Shown here: positions 26,500 to 35,877 of the stretch, piece after piece | How the letters are laid out: the number at the start of each line of letters is the position of its first letter | Numbering within the stretch: position 1 is the first letter of the stretch | Assembly (NCBI GenBank): GCA_964356495.1 | Contig: CAYHHR010000002.1 | Coordinates: forward strand, 1 to 56,699 | Reading direction: 5' to 3' | DNA: 56,699 nt | Origin: an uncultured Gammaproteobacteria bacterium | Lineage (GTDB): Bacteria > Patescibacteriota > Patescibacteriia > Magasanikbacterales > GWA2-37-8 | Made by a program: the position numbers and the translations under genes | The notes under the pieces: generated by a model | Told to the model about the DNA's origin: nothing | Database searches by the model: none | What the model saw: the letters and a program-made list of their open reading frames with translations, nothing else

Positions 26500-27069
26500 G
26501 TGAAAAAAATCATCATTTTCCTAGGCGCGCCGGGGTCCGGTAAGGGGACACAGGCCAAAAATTTAGCGAAGAAATACAGTTTTAACCATCTCTCGACAGG
26601 TGAGTTGCTTCGTGCACTTGAAAAAAAATCGAAGCTGACCGCCGAGGAAAAAAGAAATTTAGAAAAGGTTAAAAAAGGTTTATTGGTGCCGGATGCATTT
26701 ATTTACGAATTAGCTTTTGCCGCTTTGAAGTCAATTTTTAAAAGTGGGAAGAGCGTGGTTCTGGACGGAGCAATTAGAAATCTGGCTCAAGCAAAGAAGT
26801 TTGAAAAATTTTTTGAGTCGGAGAAGAAGGTGGATGCGGTGATAGTGATCGAGGTCGCCATTACTGATGAAGAGGCATTCAAACGAATGATCGGTCGTAA
26901 ACGTGTTGATGATGAACCGGAAATTATGAAACAACGAATCAAGGTTCAGGGGAATAATTCTATCGCGCCGATACGGGAGTATTATCGTTCGCTCGGCGTA
27001 TTGAGAAAAGTTGATGGCATGGGATCGATTGATGAAGTGTTTGAGTTGATTCAAAAAGAATTACAGTAG
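26500..27069 (+). CDS. adk: Adenylate kinase (short LID, GTG start)
   Basis: IIFLGAPGSGKGTQA..LA.KY...HLSTGELLR. The LID region has no zinc-binding cysteines. Confidence 0.9.
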   Translation: MKKIIIFLGAPGSGKGTQAKNLAKKYSFNHLSTGELLRALEKKSKLTAEEKRNLEKVKKGLLVPDAFIYELAFAALKSIFKSGKSVVLDGAIRNLAQAKKFEKFFESEKKVDAVIVIEVAITDEEAFKRMIGRKRVDDEPEIMKQRIKVQGNNSIAPIREYYRSLGVLRKVDGMGSIDEVFELIQKELQ

Positions 27070-27070
27070 T

Positions 27071-27865
27071 ATGTTGTTTAAAACTGACGAGGAAATTAAA
27101 AATTTAATCGAAGGCGGAAAACGAATGGGCGAGATTCTTGAAACTCTGGCCGCGCTTTGTCGTCCCGGTATTTCGACTTTTGAAATTGATAGTGCGGCTG
27201 AAAAATTAATCCGCAAAGCCGGCGGCAAGCCCGCCTTCAAAGGTTACAAAACTCACGTTTCCGATCGGCCATTTCCAGCAACGATCTGCGCTTCGTTGAA
27301 TTCGGAATTAGTCCATGGCATTCCGCGCAAAAATGTTATTTTGAAGGACGGTGATATTTTTAGTATCGATATCGGTATGCTATGGCCGTCGCGAGGCGGA
27401 GTTTTTACTGATACAGCTATCACCGTGCCGATTGGCGAGATTTCGGAAAAGACTAAAAAGTTGCTCGAGGTTACGCGAAAGTCGCTCGAAAAAGGGTTGG
27501 CGGCGGTGAAGCCCGGCAATTCGATTGCCAGCGTTGGCAAGGCGGTCGAATCATACGTGAAGTCGCAGGGGAGTTATGGGATTGTGCGCGATTTGGTTGG
27601 GCACGGGGTTGGTCACGCGGTGCACGAGGATCCTTTTATTCCGAATTATTATGACAAGAATTTGGAATCCATGAAATTTGAACCGGGAATGGTAGTTGCG
27701 ATTGAGCCGATGATCGCGCTTGGTGATTGGCGAGTTAAAACCATGCCGGACGGCTGGACTATAAAGATGGCCGATGATTCACTCTCGGCGCACTTTGAAC
27801 ACACTGCGGTTGTCACTAAAGACGGAAATATAATTGTGACGAGAAGGCCCCACGAAACCGTATGA
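27071..27865 (+). CDS. map: Methionine aminopeptidase, type I
   Basis: ..VHGIP.....L..GDI...D.G.......D.A.T...G..... and GHG.G...HE.P. Confidence 0.93.
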   Translation: MLFKTDEEIKNLIEGGKRMGEILETLAALCRPGISTFEIDSAAEKLIRKAGGKPAFKGYKTHVSDRPFPATICASLNSELVHGIPRKNVILKDGDIFSIDIGMLWPSRGGVFTDTAITVPIGEISEKTKKLLEVTRKSLEKGLAAVKPGNSIASVGKAVESYVKSQGSYGIVRDLVGHGVGHAVHEDPFIPNYYDKNLESMKFEPGMVVAIEPMIALGDWRVKTMPDGWTIKMADDSLSAHFEHTAVVTKDGNIIVTRRPHETV

Positions 27866-28254
27866 ACATTCTAGCAATTGACTACGGCAGTAAACGAATT
27901 GGCCTCGCATGGACTGACAGCAGCCTTGGTGTTATTTTGCCGTTTGGTTTGGTAGAAAAGCCAAGCCTCAAGGATAAGGTAAAAGAACTCGCTGAAATAA
28001 TTGCGAAAGAAAAAGCCCAGAAAGTTATTGTCGGTTTTCCACTTGGACTTAACGGCAAAGAAAACGCGAACACCGAACGGGTAAAAAAATTTGTATTTGA
28101 TCTGCAGAAACTTATTAAAGCGCCGGTTGAGTATCACGATGAGCGTTTTTCTTCATATGCCGCGGACGCGGCGGGCGCCGGTGTAAGTCGGGATGAAAGA
28201 GCGGCAATGATAATTCTGGAGGGTTATCTTGAAAGCCGAAAGAAAAATAAGTAA
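27862..28254 (+). CDS. ruvX: Holliday-junction resolvase-like protein RuvX/YqgF
   Basis: ILAIDYGSKRIGLAWTD and ...DERFSS..A. Overlaps map by 4 nt. Confidence 0.85.
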   Translation: MNILAIDYGSKRIGLAWTDSSLGVILPFGLVEKPSLKDKVKELAEIIAKEKAQKVIVGFPLGLNGKENANTERVKKFVFDLQKLIKAPVEYHDERFSSYAADAAGAGVSRDERAAMIILEGYLESRKKNK

Positions 28255-28255
28255 T

Positions 28256-28798
28256 ATGCTTGCTCTCACGTTGAGTCGCCATGACTTCCGGGAATATGAT
28301 CAGCGAATTGGATTTTATACCAAGGAAATTGGGAAAATTGAGACGATCGCCCGCGGTGTAAAAAAAATAGTATCGAAGAATGCTTCCGCCCTGGAGCCAT
28401 TCGCGCTTTTGGAAATAGAGCTCGCGCCGGGCCGGGAACTCACCTATATCACTAGGGCGCAAACAATAAGTTTTTTTAAAAATGTACGTGATAATTTTGA
28501 GAAGAATTTGCTGGGTTGCTACTGTCTAAATCTGGTTAATGATGCGGTTCAGCCGGGAGAAAAAGATGACAAAATTTTCGATCTGTTGTTAAATTTTTTA
28601 GAAGACCTTGATTCTGTCGCGGAAGTAAATACCAAGACTGCTTATGATTTTATTCTGAGGTTTCTCGGCGTTCTGGGTTTTGCGCCGAAAGTCGATAAAG
28701 CCGCCGGTCCCTGGGTAATTCCTTATGCTGAGTATCATCTTAACCGTAAAGTCGTGGATATTGTTAATTTTAGAGAAAAGCTTTATAGTTTTTCATAA
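28256..28798 (+). CDS. recO: DNA repair protein RecO (short form)
   Basis: The N-terminal OB-fold pattern (..L....FRE.D.....YT.E.GK......G..K..SK....LEPF..LE.EL) matches RecO. The ATG at 28256 follows the ruvX stop codon. Confidence 0.7.
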   Translation: MLALTLSRHDFREYDQRIGFYTKEIGKIETIARGVKKIVSKNASALEPFALLEIELAPGRELTYITRAQTISFFKNVRDNFEKNLLGCYCLNLVNDAVQPGEKDDKIFDLLLNFLEDLDSVAEVNTKTAYDFILRFLGVLGFAPKVDKAAGPWVIPYAEYHLNRKVVDIVNFREKLYSFS

Positions 28799-28808
28799 AT
28801 AAAATAGT

Positions 28809-30098
28809 ATGATTGTTTATATTAATCAATTCAAGGATTTTGTCGGACAGGAGGTGACGATTCGCGGCTGGGTTCACAATAAGCGTTCCTCAGGACCGAT
28901 TTCCTTTCTTGAGATTCGTGATGGTCATGGCTGGACGCAAGCGGTCGCGGCGAAAAATTCACTCAGCGAAGCGGCTTGGGCAGCTACTGAAAGCAGCACA
29001 CAAGAATCGTCGGTAGAGATTACGGGCAAGGTCGCGAAGCATCCCAAACGCGAAAATGTTTTTGAGCTTCAAGTTTCTGATCTGAAAGTTATTCAGCGTT
29101 CAGAGGATTTTCCGATTGCCAAAAAGGAACATGGTCCGGACTTTCTCATGGACAATCGGCATCTTTGGCTACGTAGCAAACGCCAGTGGGCGATTTTACG
29201 AATCCGTGATTCCGTAATTACCGCGATCAATGAGTATTTGCATCAAAATTATTTCATCAAAGTTGACTCGCCGGTGTTCACTCCAAATGCCTGTGAAGGA
29301 ACAACTACTTTGTTCCCGGTGCCATATTTTGATCTCGGCACCGCTTATCTTTCGCAGTCCGGTCAGCTTTATATTGAAGCGGCGATCGCGTCGGTCGGAC
29401 GCTGTTATGATTTCGGTCCGGTTTTTCGCGCCGAAAAAAGTAAGACCAAGCGCCACCTCACTGAATTTTGGATGATGGACGCGGAAGCGGCTTTCGTGGA
29501 GCACGATGAGAATTTGAATATTCAGGAAGGACTCGTTCGTCATATTGTCCGCTATATTTTGCAACATTGCGCGGAGGAGTTGACGATGCTCGAACGCGAT
29601 GTCGAAAAATTAAAGAAAGCCGATGCGCCGTTCACGCGTTTTACATATGACGCGGCTGTAAAAAAATTGAATGAATTTGGTTCGGATATTAAATATGGCG
29701 AGGATTTGGGAAATGACGACGAGGGATTGTTGACGAAAGATAGTTTGGTCCCGGTATTTATCGAAAAGTGGCCGAAGGAAATTAAGCCGTTTTATATGAA
29801 GCTCGATAAGGAAAATAAATTGGCGCTCAATGATGATCTGATCGCGACCGACGGCGGGGGAGAGATTATTGGCGGTAGCCAGCGCGAAGAAAATGTCGAT
29901 GTGTTGATTGGTCGCATGAAGACTGAAGGGCTGAATCAAGCTGATTACGAGTGGTATTTGGATACGCGCCGCTATGGCTCAGTGCCGCATTCCGGTTTTG
30001 GGATTGGCCTCGAGCGCGTCGTCCGCTGGATCACCGGCGTCGAACATGTCCGGGAATGCATCCCGTTCGCGAGGACGATCGGCAGATTGAAGCCTTAG
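28809..30098 (+). CDS. asnS: Asparagine--tRNA ligase (class IIb)
   Basis: Motif 2 FRAEKSKTKRHLTEFWMMDAE, GGSQRE, and RYGSVPHSGFGIGLER. The FWM and VPH features favour AsnRS over archaeal-type AspRS. Confidence 0.75.
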   Translation: MIVYINQFKDFVGQEVTIRGWVHNKRSSGPISFLEIRDGHGWTQAVAAKNSLSEAAWAATESSTQESSVEITGKVAKHPKRENVFELQVSDLKVIQRSEDFPIAKKEHGPDFLMDNRHLWLRSKRQWAILRIRDSVITAINEYLHQNYFIKVDSPVFTPNACEGTTTLFPVPYFDLGTAYLSQSGQLYIEAAIASVGRCYDFGPVFRAEKSKTKRHLTEFWMMDAEAAFVEHDENLNIQEGLVRHIVRYILQHCAEELTMLERDVEKLKKADAPFTRFTYDAAVKKLNEFGSDIKYGEDLGNDDEGLLTKDSLVPVFIEKWPKEIKPFYMKLDKENKLALNDDLIATDGGGEIIGGSQREENVDVLIGRMKTEGLNQADYEWYLDTRRYGSVPHSGFGIGLERVVRWITGVEHVRECIPFARTIGRLKP

Positions 30099-31021
30099 TC
30101 CTCGGGAAGTAAAGTTACTTCAACAATTTCGGGAGGAGTCAAAAATCGGATCGCGAACAGCGACTCGCCCAGACCGTGCGTCACGAGAATCGGCAGGCCG
30201 CGCCAATTGAAAAATCCATCATAATATTTTTTACCGAGCTTTAGTCTGGCGTTTCCAATCGGACCGATAAACGGCAGGTGAACTTGCCCGCCATGAGTGT
30301 GGCCGGCAAGTACTAAGCTCGGTTTTTTTATTTTTTCCGGGTAAGATAGGATAGTGTCCGGGTTATGCGTTAGCACCAGAAGTGGCAGATCGTTTTTTGC
30401 GGATTTGATATTTTCCCACGAAGCCTTTTGTGCCCACAGGTCGTCAGTGCCATAAAGTTCTAAATTCTGGCCGCGCACGGAAACGCTGGCGAGCGAATTA
30501 CGAAGGATAATTACACCGGTCTTTTTAAGTGCCTCCATAACTGTTTCATGACGATCGGTAAATACTTTTTTCGGCTGATCGATTTTTTCATCGTAGTCTA
30601 ATCCATATTCATGGTTTCCAAGGACCGCATAGACGGGCATTTTTTTGGCTAATTTGGCAAACTCACGCAGGTCGCGCGCCTCCTTATCCGACGAAAAGTA
30701 TTCATTTGAAATTAAATCTCCGCCGAGAAAAACTAGGTCAGGTTTCAAATCAACAATTTTTTTAATAATTCGGTGGAGAAAACTTTTGCCTTTGAATTTC
30801 TTTATTTGAAGATCGGCGATGAAGGCGATCTTTATTGGTTTTTTGATGCCGGAAATCTTGCGGTTGAATTTTTTTATTTTTAAAAAATACGGCTCGAGAT
30901 GGATGTAGAACAAACCGGCCAGCAATATCCAGAGGACTGCCGACAGGGTCGGCGAATTAGAATAAACAAGCAGTACAGAAAGTGTGGCAGTTCCCGCCAA
31001 TAGGACTGAATACATTATCAT
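30095..31021 (-). CDS. Membrane-anchored metallophosphoesterase (YkuE-like)
   Basis: Two N-terminal TM segments, then the calcineurin-like motifs ADLQ, GGDLI, GNHE and GHTHGGQ. Confidence 0.85.
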   Translation of the reverse strand: MIMYSVLLAGTATLSVLLVYSNSPTLSAVLWILLAGLFYIHLEPYFLKIKKFNRKISGIKKPIKIAFIADLQIKKFKGKSFLHRIIKKIVDLKPDLVFLGGDLISNEYFSSDKEARDLREFAKLAKKMPVYAVLGNHEYGLDYDEKIDQPKKVFTDRHETVMEALKKTGVIILRNSLASVSVRGQNLELYGTDDLWAQKASWENIKSAKNDLPLLVLTHNPDTILSYPEKIKKPSLVLAGHTHGGQVHLPFIGPIGNARLKLGKKYYDGFFNWRGLPILVTHGLGESLFAIRFLTPPEIVEVTLLPED

Positions 31022-31042
31022 ATGAGGGTACTTATAGAATAT

Positions 31043-31909
31043 TTATTCATCTCGAGCGGTCAGATGAATAAGATCCGGCGGTACCTTTCTAACTCGCACT
31101 GTCTGTTTGCCTTCCATAACTAATCTTACTAATCTATGCAGTCCGTCCAAGGTCAACCATTTTCCTTTTTTGTTTTTCATTATATCAATCGGGTAGGAAG
31201 TGTCCGCCTTCTTAATTTTGTCTTGGTGTTCCGGGTAATGATCAAGGTTATTCATCACTTCTTTTGGAGTAAAAACAATATTACCCTGTATGTCTTCCCA
31301 AAAAGGCACATCTAAAATCCAAAGTAATTCTTCAATGTTCATTTCCTCAATTGGGACTTTTAACGCCCATAATTTTGTATTATCTCTCCAAAAAGGTAAA
31401 TCAAAAGCATGTTCCACATGTCGGGGGTCAACATGAGTTTCTTGGTTTTCTTTTTTCGGTTTTGTGAGAATTATATTGCCAGCGTTAGTTACACCTTTTA
31501 CAACAAAGCCAAACGACTTATAAAAAGTTGTTAGATGTGTAGATGCAGGGTCGTGCGTAATGGAAAAATAAGTATACAAGTTTGGGTATTTATTTTTTAA
31601 TATCATATTTATCAGTGTCTTTCCGACACCTTTTTTCCGATGTTCCTTTTTTACAAATAAGCCGTCGATAAAAATGGAATTTGGAAAATAACGCCGGTCT
31701 TTATCAAAAAATTGGCATAAAATATATCCGATTACCTCGTCATGAATTTTTGCAACCCACACCAACTTATTTTTTAGTGCTAAGTCGATTTCGGCGGCAA
31801 TTTTAATTTTTGTTTTTGTATCATCATCTTCGTATAACAACGAATGCAGTTTGATTATAGCATTTTTGTCTTTTGAGGTTGCTGATGAGTATATTATGTC
31901 GTCAGACAT
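31043..31909 (-). CDS. GNAT N-acetyltransferase fused to a ParB/Srx-like C-terminal domain
   Basis: The N-terminal half has a GNAT acetyl-CoA motif (V.KEHRKKGVGKTL). The C-terminus (..YPIDIMKNKKGKWLTLDGLHRLVRLVMEG..V.V) fits the ParB/sulfiredoxin DGxHR core. The gene is AT-rich. Confidence 0.55.
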   Translation of the reverse strand: MSDDIIYSSATSKDKNAIIKLHSLLYEDDDTKTKIKIAAEIDLALKNKLVWVAKIHDEVIGYILCQFFDKDRRYFPNSIFIDGLFVKKEHRKKGVGKTLINMILKNKYPNLYTYFSITHDPASTHLTTFYKSFGFVVKGVTNAGNIILTKPKKENQETHVDPRHVEHAFDLPFWRDNTKLWALKVPIEEMNIEELLWILDVPFWEDIQGNIVFTPKEVMNNLDHYPEHQDKIKKADTSYPIDIMKNKKGKWLTLDGLHRLVRLVMEGKQTVRVRKVPPDLIHLTARDE

Positions 31910-31918
31910 ATGATGATT

Positions 31919-32488
31919 CTAGTCTTTTTTTAACTTAATTAGATCGATAAATTCACGTGCATTTTTTGAAATTCTGATGTTATAGCGAGTTTTTCTTCCT
32001 TTAACCAAAATTGTATATTTGTTGGCTTTGAATTTTAATGAGTCAATAATCTCCATTACATCTATGGCAAGTGAAGGTGTTGTGGTTACAAAATTCACCA
32101 TTATGTAGCCTCTGTCATTATAAATCGAACCGTCGGTTTCTATTAGCCCTCTTAGGCAGGCAATTGAATATTTTGCATCACTTTTAATCCAATTTGGTAT
32201 CTTGACTTTTTGCACGTTTTTACTGCCGCCCTTCGCCTTCCAGCCCAATAGTTGTTCCCACTTATTCGAATAGCAGCTTATATCGACGTAGCTGTCTTTA
32301 CCGCCCTTAATAGTCGATACTTTATTTTTCGGAGCCACTAGCTGAATTGATTCACAAATGCGTTTAATAAGTTTTGGATAATTTGTATCGCAGGTTATTC
32401 TCAATCTAACAGCCCGGCCATTTGGATTAGAAAGATTTCCATCGCCAAGCGCTAGCCCTATTACGTAGGCTAGAATTTTCTTTTTCAT
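31919..32488 (-). CDS. Free-standing double-motif LAGLIDADG homing-endonuclease-like protein
   Basis: Two LAGLIDADG motifs: LAYVIGLALGDGNL and IACLRGLIETDGSI. The ATG at 32488 is preferred because the longer ORF-track start overlaps tRNA-Leu. Confidence 0.75.
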   Translation of the reverse strand: MKKKILAYVIGLALGDGNLSNPNGRAVRLRITCDTNYPKLIKRICESIQLVAPKNKVSTIKGGKDSYVDISCYSNKWEQLLGWKAKGGSKNVQKVKIPNWIKSDAKYSIACLRGLIETDGSIYNDRGYIMVNFVTTTPSLAIDVMEIIDSLKFKANKYTILVKGRKTRYNIRISKNAREFIDLIKLKKD

Positions 32489-32504
32489 ATTTGAATTGGT
32501 ATAG

Positions 32505-32586
32505 TGCCGCCGGTCGGAATCGAACCGACATGCCGTTAAGCGCACGATTTTGAGTCGTGAGTGTCTACCAGTTCCACCACGGCGGC
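32505..32586 (-). tRNA. tRNA-Leu (anticodon CAA)
   Basis: Cloverleaf read on the minus strand: GCCGCCG acceptor stem, anticodon arm CACGA-CTCAAAA-TCGTG, long variable arm, and GGTTCGATTCC T-arm. CCA is not encoded. Confidence 0.85.
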
Positions 32587-32705
32587 TAAACGTGTATCAA
32601 GCTAGTACCACGGGAAAAATTATGGTAATTTTACCGATAAACTGGCCTTTTGTCAATCCTTAGATAATATGATAAACTAAAGGGGTTCGAAGTTCAAAAA
32701 ATTCT

Positions 32706-33479
32706 ATGTCAGTGACAATTTCGGTTGTAAATCAGAAGGGTGGAGTGGGGAAGACTACTACTGCTTTGAATTTAGCGGCTGCCTTGGCTGACTCCGGTAA
32801 GTTTGTATTGTTGGTTGATCTTGATCCGCAGGGCAACGCCACTTCTGGGCTGGGCATCAAAAACCAGGAACTAGAAAAAGGGCTATACCATGCGTTGATT
32901 TCTGAACAACGACTGCATGATATTATTATTAATACCGCTCATGCCGGCTTGCGCGTTGTTCCTTCGACGCCTGATCTCGCCGGAGCAAATGTTGAACTCG
33001 TAAATGTCGAAGGGCGTGAAACAAAATTGTTAGATATTCTTAGTGAGGTGAAGCATGCATATGATTTTATTATTATTGACTCTCCGCCCTCGCTTGGTCT
33101 TCTGACTCTGAACGGCCTGGTCGCCGCCGATAAAATTCTTATTCCGGTTCAGGCGGAATATTACGCGCTCGAGGGTCTTGGGCAACTGCTTCGCACGATT
33201 GACCTGGTGCGTGAGAATATCAAGCCGGAGCTTCAGGTGCTCGGCGCGATCCTCACGATGTATGACGGACGCAATCGTTTGTCCGATGAAGTAATGCATG
33301 AATTATATAAATTTTTTCCGAACAATATTTTTAGATCGGTGATTCCCCGCACTGTTCGTCTGGCCGAGGCGCCAAGCTTTGGCAAGAGCATTTTTCATTA
33401 TGAGCCTAGCGGCAAGGGCGCGAAGGCCTATGAACGGCTGGCGCGAGAAGTTTTAGATTATTTTGAAAAGAATAAGTAG
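32706..33479 (+). CDS. parA: Chromosome partitioning ATPase ParA/Soj
   Basis: Deviant Walker A (NQKGGVGKTTT), plus DLDPQGN and IIDSPPS. Confidence 0.93.
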   Translation: MSVTISVVNQKGGVGKTTTALNLAAALADSGKFVLLVDLDPQGNATSGLGIKNQELEKGLYHALISEQRLHDIIINTAHAGLRVVPSTPDLAGANVELVNVEGRETKLLDILSEVKHAYDFIIIDSPPSLGLLTLNGLVAADKILIPVQAEYYALEGLGQLLRTIDLVRENIKPELQVLGAILTMYDGRNRLSDEVMHELYKFFPNNIFRSVIPRTVRLAEAPSFGKSIFHYEPSGKGAKAYERLAREVLDYFEKNK

Positions 33480-33519
33480 TTTTTGAAATTTGTAATTTTG
33501 ATTTTGAAATTTATATTAT

Positions 33520-34374
33520 ATGTCCATGGGTCGAGGCCTCGGGGCGATACTTAGTCCCACCACAGGCCGAAAAAAACAAACATTTAATACCGGCGAAAAT
33601 GTTCCCTCAGGAGCGGAGCGTATTTGGCTCATACCGTTGTCGGAAATAATGCCGAACCCCGATCAGCCTCGCCGGAATTTCAAGGAGGAAGAACTACGGG
33701 AACTGGCGGACTCAATCCGAGAACACGGCGTTCTTCAGCCGATTTTAGTTTCTGAAAAAACTGATGGGGGTTACGAGTTGATTGCCGGTGAGCGGCGTTT
33801 TCGGGCTTCAAAACTTTTGAATTTACCTACTATTCCGGCTTTGGTTAAGGAATTTAAAGACGAACAAAAATTAGAGGTGGCCTTGATTGAAAATATCCAG
33901 CGTTCCGAACTTAATCCGCTCGAAGAGGCTTTCGCTTATCAGAGGCTTATGGATGAATTTGGCCTGACACAGGAAGAGGTCGCCTTGAAAGTCGGAAAAA
34001 GCCGTTCGGCGATCGCGAACGCGGTTCGATTGCTCACTTTGCCTGAGGAAATACAAAACGCGCTCATCGAAGGAAAAATTTCTACCAGCCAGGCGCGAGC
34101 TTTGCTTGGTATTGCTGATTCGAAAACTCAAGCGGAGGTTCTGCAATCAATGTTAGGAAATAAAATTACGGTTCGCGATCTTGAGCAGAAAGTTCGTGAG
34201 AATAAGGGCACGGTTAGCCGGCGTGATCCGAACGTTATCTATATCGAAGAGGAACTTCGCGGCAAACTCGGCACCAAAGTCTCGGTTTCTAAGAAAGGCG
34301 AAGCTGGCACCATTACCATTCATTTTTTCTCAAAGGAAGAGCTGGAAGAAATTGTTCGGAAGATTTTGGATTAG
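33520..34374 (+). CDS. parB: Chromosome partitioning protein ParB/Spo0J
   Basis: ..I.PNP.QPR..F.EEEL.ELA.SI...G.LQPI.V, GERR.RA and a helix-turn-helix (HTH) region. Confidence 0.93.
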   Translation: MSMGRGLGAILSPTTGRKKQTFNTGENVPSGAERIWLIPLSEIMPNPDQPRRNFKEEELRELADSIREHGVLQPILVSEKTDGGYELIAGERRFRASKLLNLPTIPALVKEFKDEQKLEVALIENIQRSELNPLEEAFAYQRLMDEFGLTQEEVALKVGKSRSAIANAVRLLTLPEEIQNALIEGKISTSQARALLGIADSKTQAEVLQSMLGNKITVRDLEQKVRENKGTVSRRDPNVIYIEEELRGKLGTKVSVSKKGEAGTITIHFFSKEELEEIVRKILD

Positions 34375-35867
34375 CCTTTCTTTTTCGGTAAAATCATTTT
34401 CACAAATGAATTGATCGAGGATTGCATTTTATTTTTTATTTGCGATCGCGCCTGGTGGGTTTTGACTGATTTCAACCAGTCAGCGCTCGGGCTTTTTCTA
34501 TTTTTATCGACTATAATTTCGACAATGTCTCCGCTTCGCAGGGGCGTGTTTAAATTTACCATAATGTCGTTGACCTTGGCGCCGGCATAGTGATTGCCGA
34601 TATCGGAGTGGACCGCGTAGGCGAAATCAACCGGCGTCGCGTCTTCCGGTAAATCTATCACGTCGCCTTTCGGAGTAAATGTGAAAATTCGATTACGGAA
34701 AAAATCGATCTTTAGAGTTTCGAGATCGGCTAAATTGTGCAAAATTTCTTTTTGGATTTCGGCCAATTGTTTGGCCCAGACAACATCCTTGGCCGGCAAC
34801 CGCAGGCCTTTTTCATCATACAGCCAATGAGCGGCGACACCGAATTCCGCTTCGTAATGCATCTGTTGAGTGCGAATTTGAAATTCGATCATTTTACCAT
34901 CAAGTCCGAAGACGGTGGTATGGAGCGAAGAATAACCGTTCGGTTTCGGTTGTGCGATGTAGTCCTTGATTCTTCCCTTAGCTGGCCGCCAAAGTTTATG
35001 GATGACGCCGAGCGTGGCATAGCAATCAGCAATATCAGCGACGATTATTCTGAGGGCGACGATGTCATAAATTTTTTCCGTTTCCCAATTTTTTTTGATT
35101 AATTTTTGGTAAAAACTGTAAAGTTGCTTTTTGCGTCCATGGGTATCGATGAATTTGACGCCGGCCGCTTTAAGTTCTTCCTGCAATAGTCCAAGCACGC
35201 GATCGATGTATGCTTCGCCTTCATCAAACAACCGATCGCGGATTTTTTTGGTTCGATCGTATTCTTTGGGGTAGGCGTAGGGAAATGCCAAATCTTCAAG
35301 TAAAGCCTTGAATTCTCCCATGCCGAGACGATGGGCGATCGGCGCGTAAATCTCTATGCTCTCAAGCGCGATTCGGTAGCGTTTTTTTTCTTCAAGATCG
35401 CCGAGTGTGCTGAGGTTGTGGATTCGGTCGGCGAATTTTATGATCATGACGCGGACATCCTCGGCCATCGCTACGAACATTTTTCGAAGATTTTCTATGT
35501 ATCTTTGCGCGCCGCGATATTTCAATTTTCCAAGCTTGGTGATGCCACGAACCATTCCGGCGATGTCCGGGCCGAAATCGCGCTCAATTTCTTCGATCGT
35601 GACGGTCGTATCTTCGGGTACGTCATGCAGAAGCGCCGCCGCGATGATGGGAACATCGATGCGCATGGTAGTGAGAAGATAGGCGGTGGCGAGAGGGTGG
35701 GTGATGTATGGTTCGCCGGATTTTCTTAATTGGCCATGGTGCGCTTTGTCAGCGAGATCGTAGGCGCGCCAAATTATATCCAGTTCAGAAAGCGGCGCGT
35801 ACTTTTTTAGCCCGACAATAATGTCGTTGATGCTTAGCTTATCTGGGATTGATATTGTGCGCGACAT
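34371..35867 (-). CDS. Bifunctional (p)ppGpp synthetase/hydrolase, short Rel/SpoT homolog (HD + synthetase + TGS, no C-terminal ACT/RRM region)
   Basis: HD motifs (HGQLRKSGEPYITHPL, LLHDVPED), synthetase motifs (DYIAQPKPNGYSSLHT, EFQIRT..MH), and TGS (IFTFTPKGDVIDLP.GATPVDFAY..H). Confidence 0.9.
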   Translation of the reverse strand: MSRTISIPDKLSINDIIVGLKKYAPLSELDIIWRAYDLADKAHHGQLRKSGEPYITHPLATAYLLTTMRIDVPIIAAALLHDVPEDTTVTIEEIERDFGPDIAGMVRGITKLGKLKYRGAQRYIENLRKMFVAMAEDVRVMIIKFADRIHNLSTLGDLEEKKRYRIALESIEIYAPIAHRLGMGEFKALLEDLAFPYAYPKEYDRTKKIRDRLFDEGEAYIDRVLGLLQEELKAAGVKFIDTHGRKKQLYSFYQKLIKKNWETEKIYDIVALRIIVADIADCYATLGVIHKLWRPAKGRIKDYIAQPKPNGYSSLHTTVFGLDGKMIEFQIRTQQMHYEAEFGVAAHWLYDEKGLRLPAKDVVWAKQLAEIQKEILHNLADLETLKIDFFRNRIFTFTPKGDVIDLPEDATPVDFAYAVHSDIGNHYAGAKVNDIMVNLNTPLRSGDIVEIIVDKNRKSPSADWLKSVKTHQARSQIKNKMQSSINSFVKMILPKKKG

Positions 35868-35877
35868 AAAAATTTGC

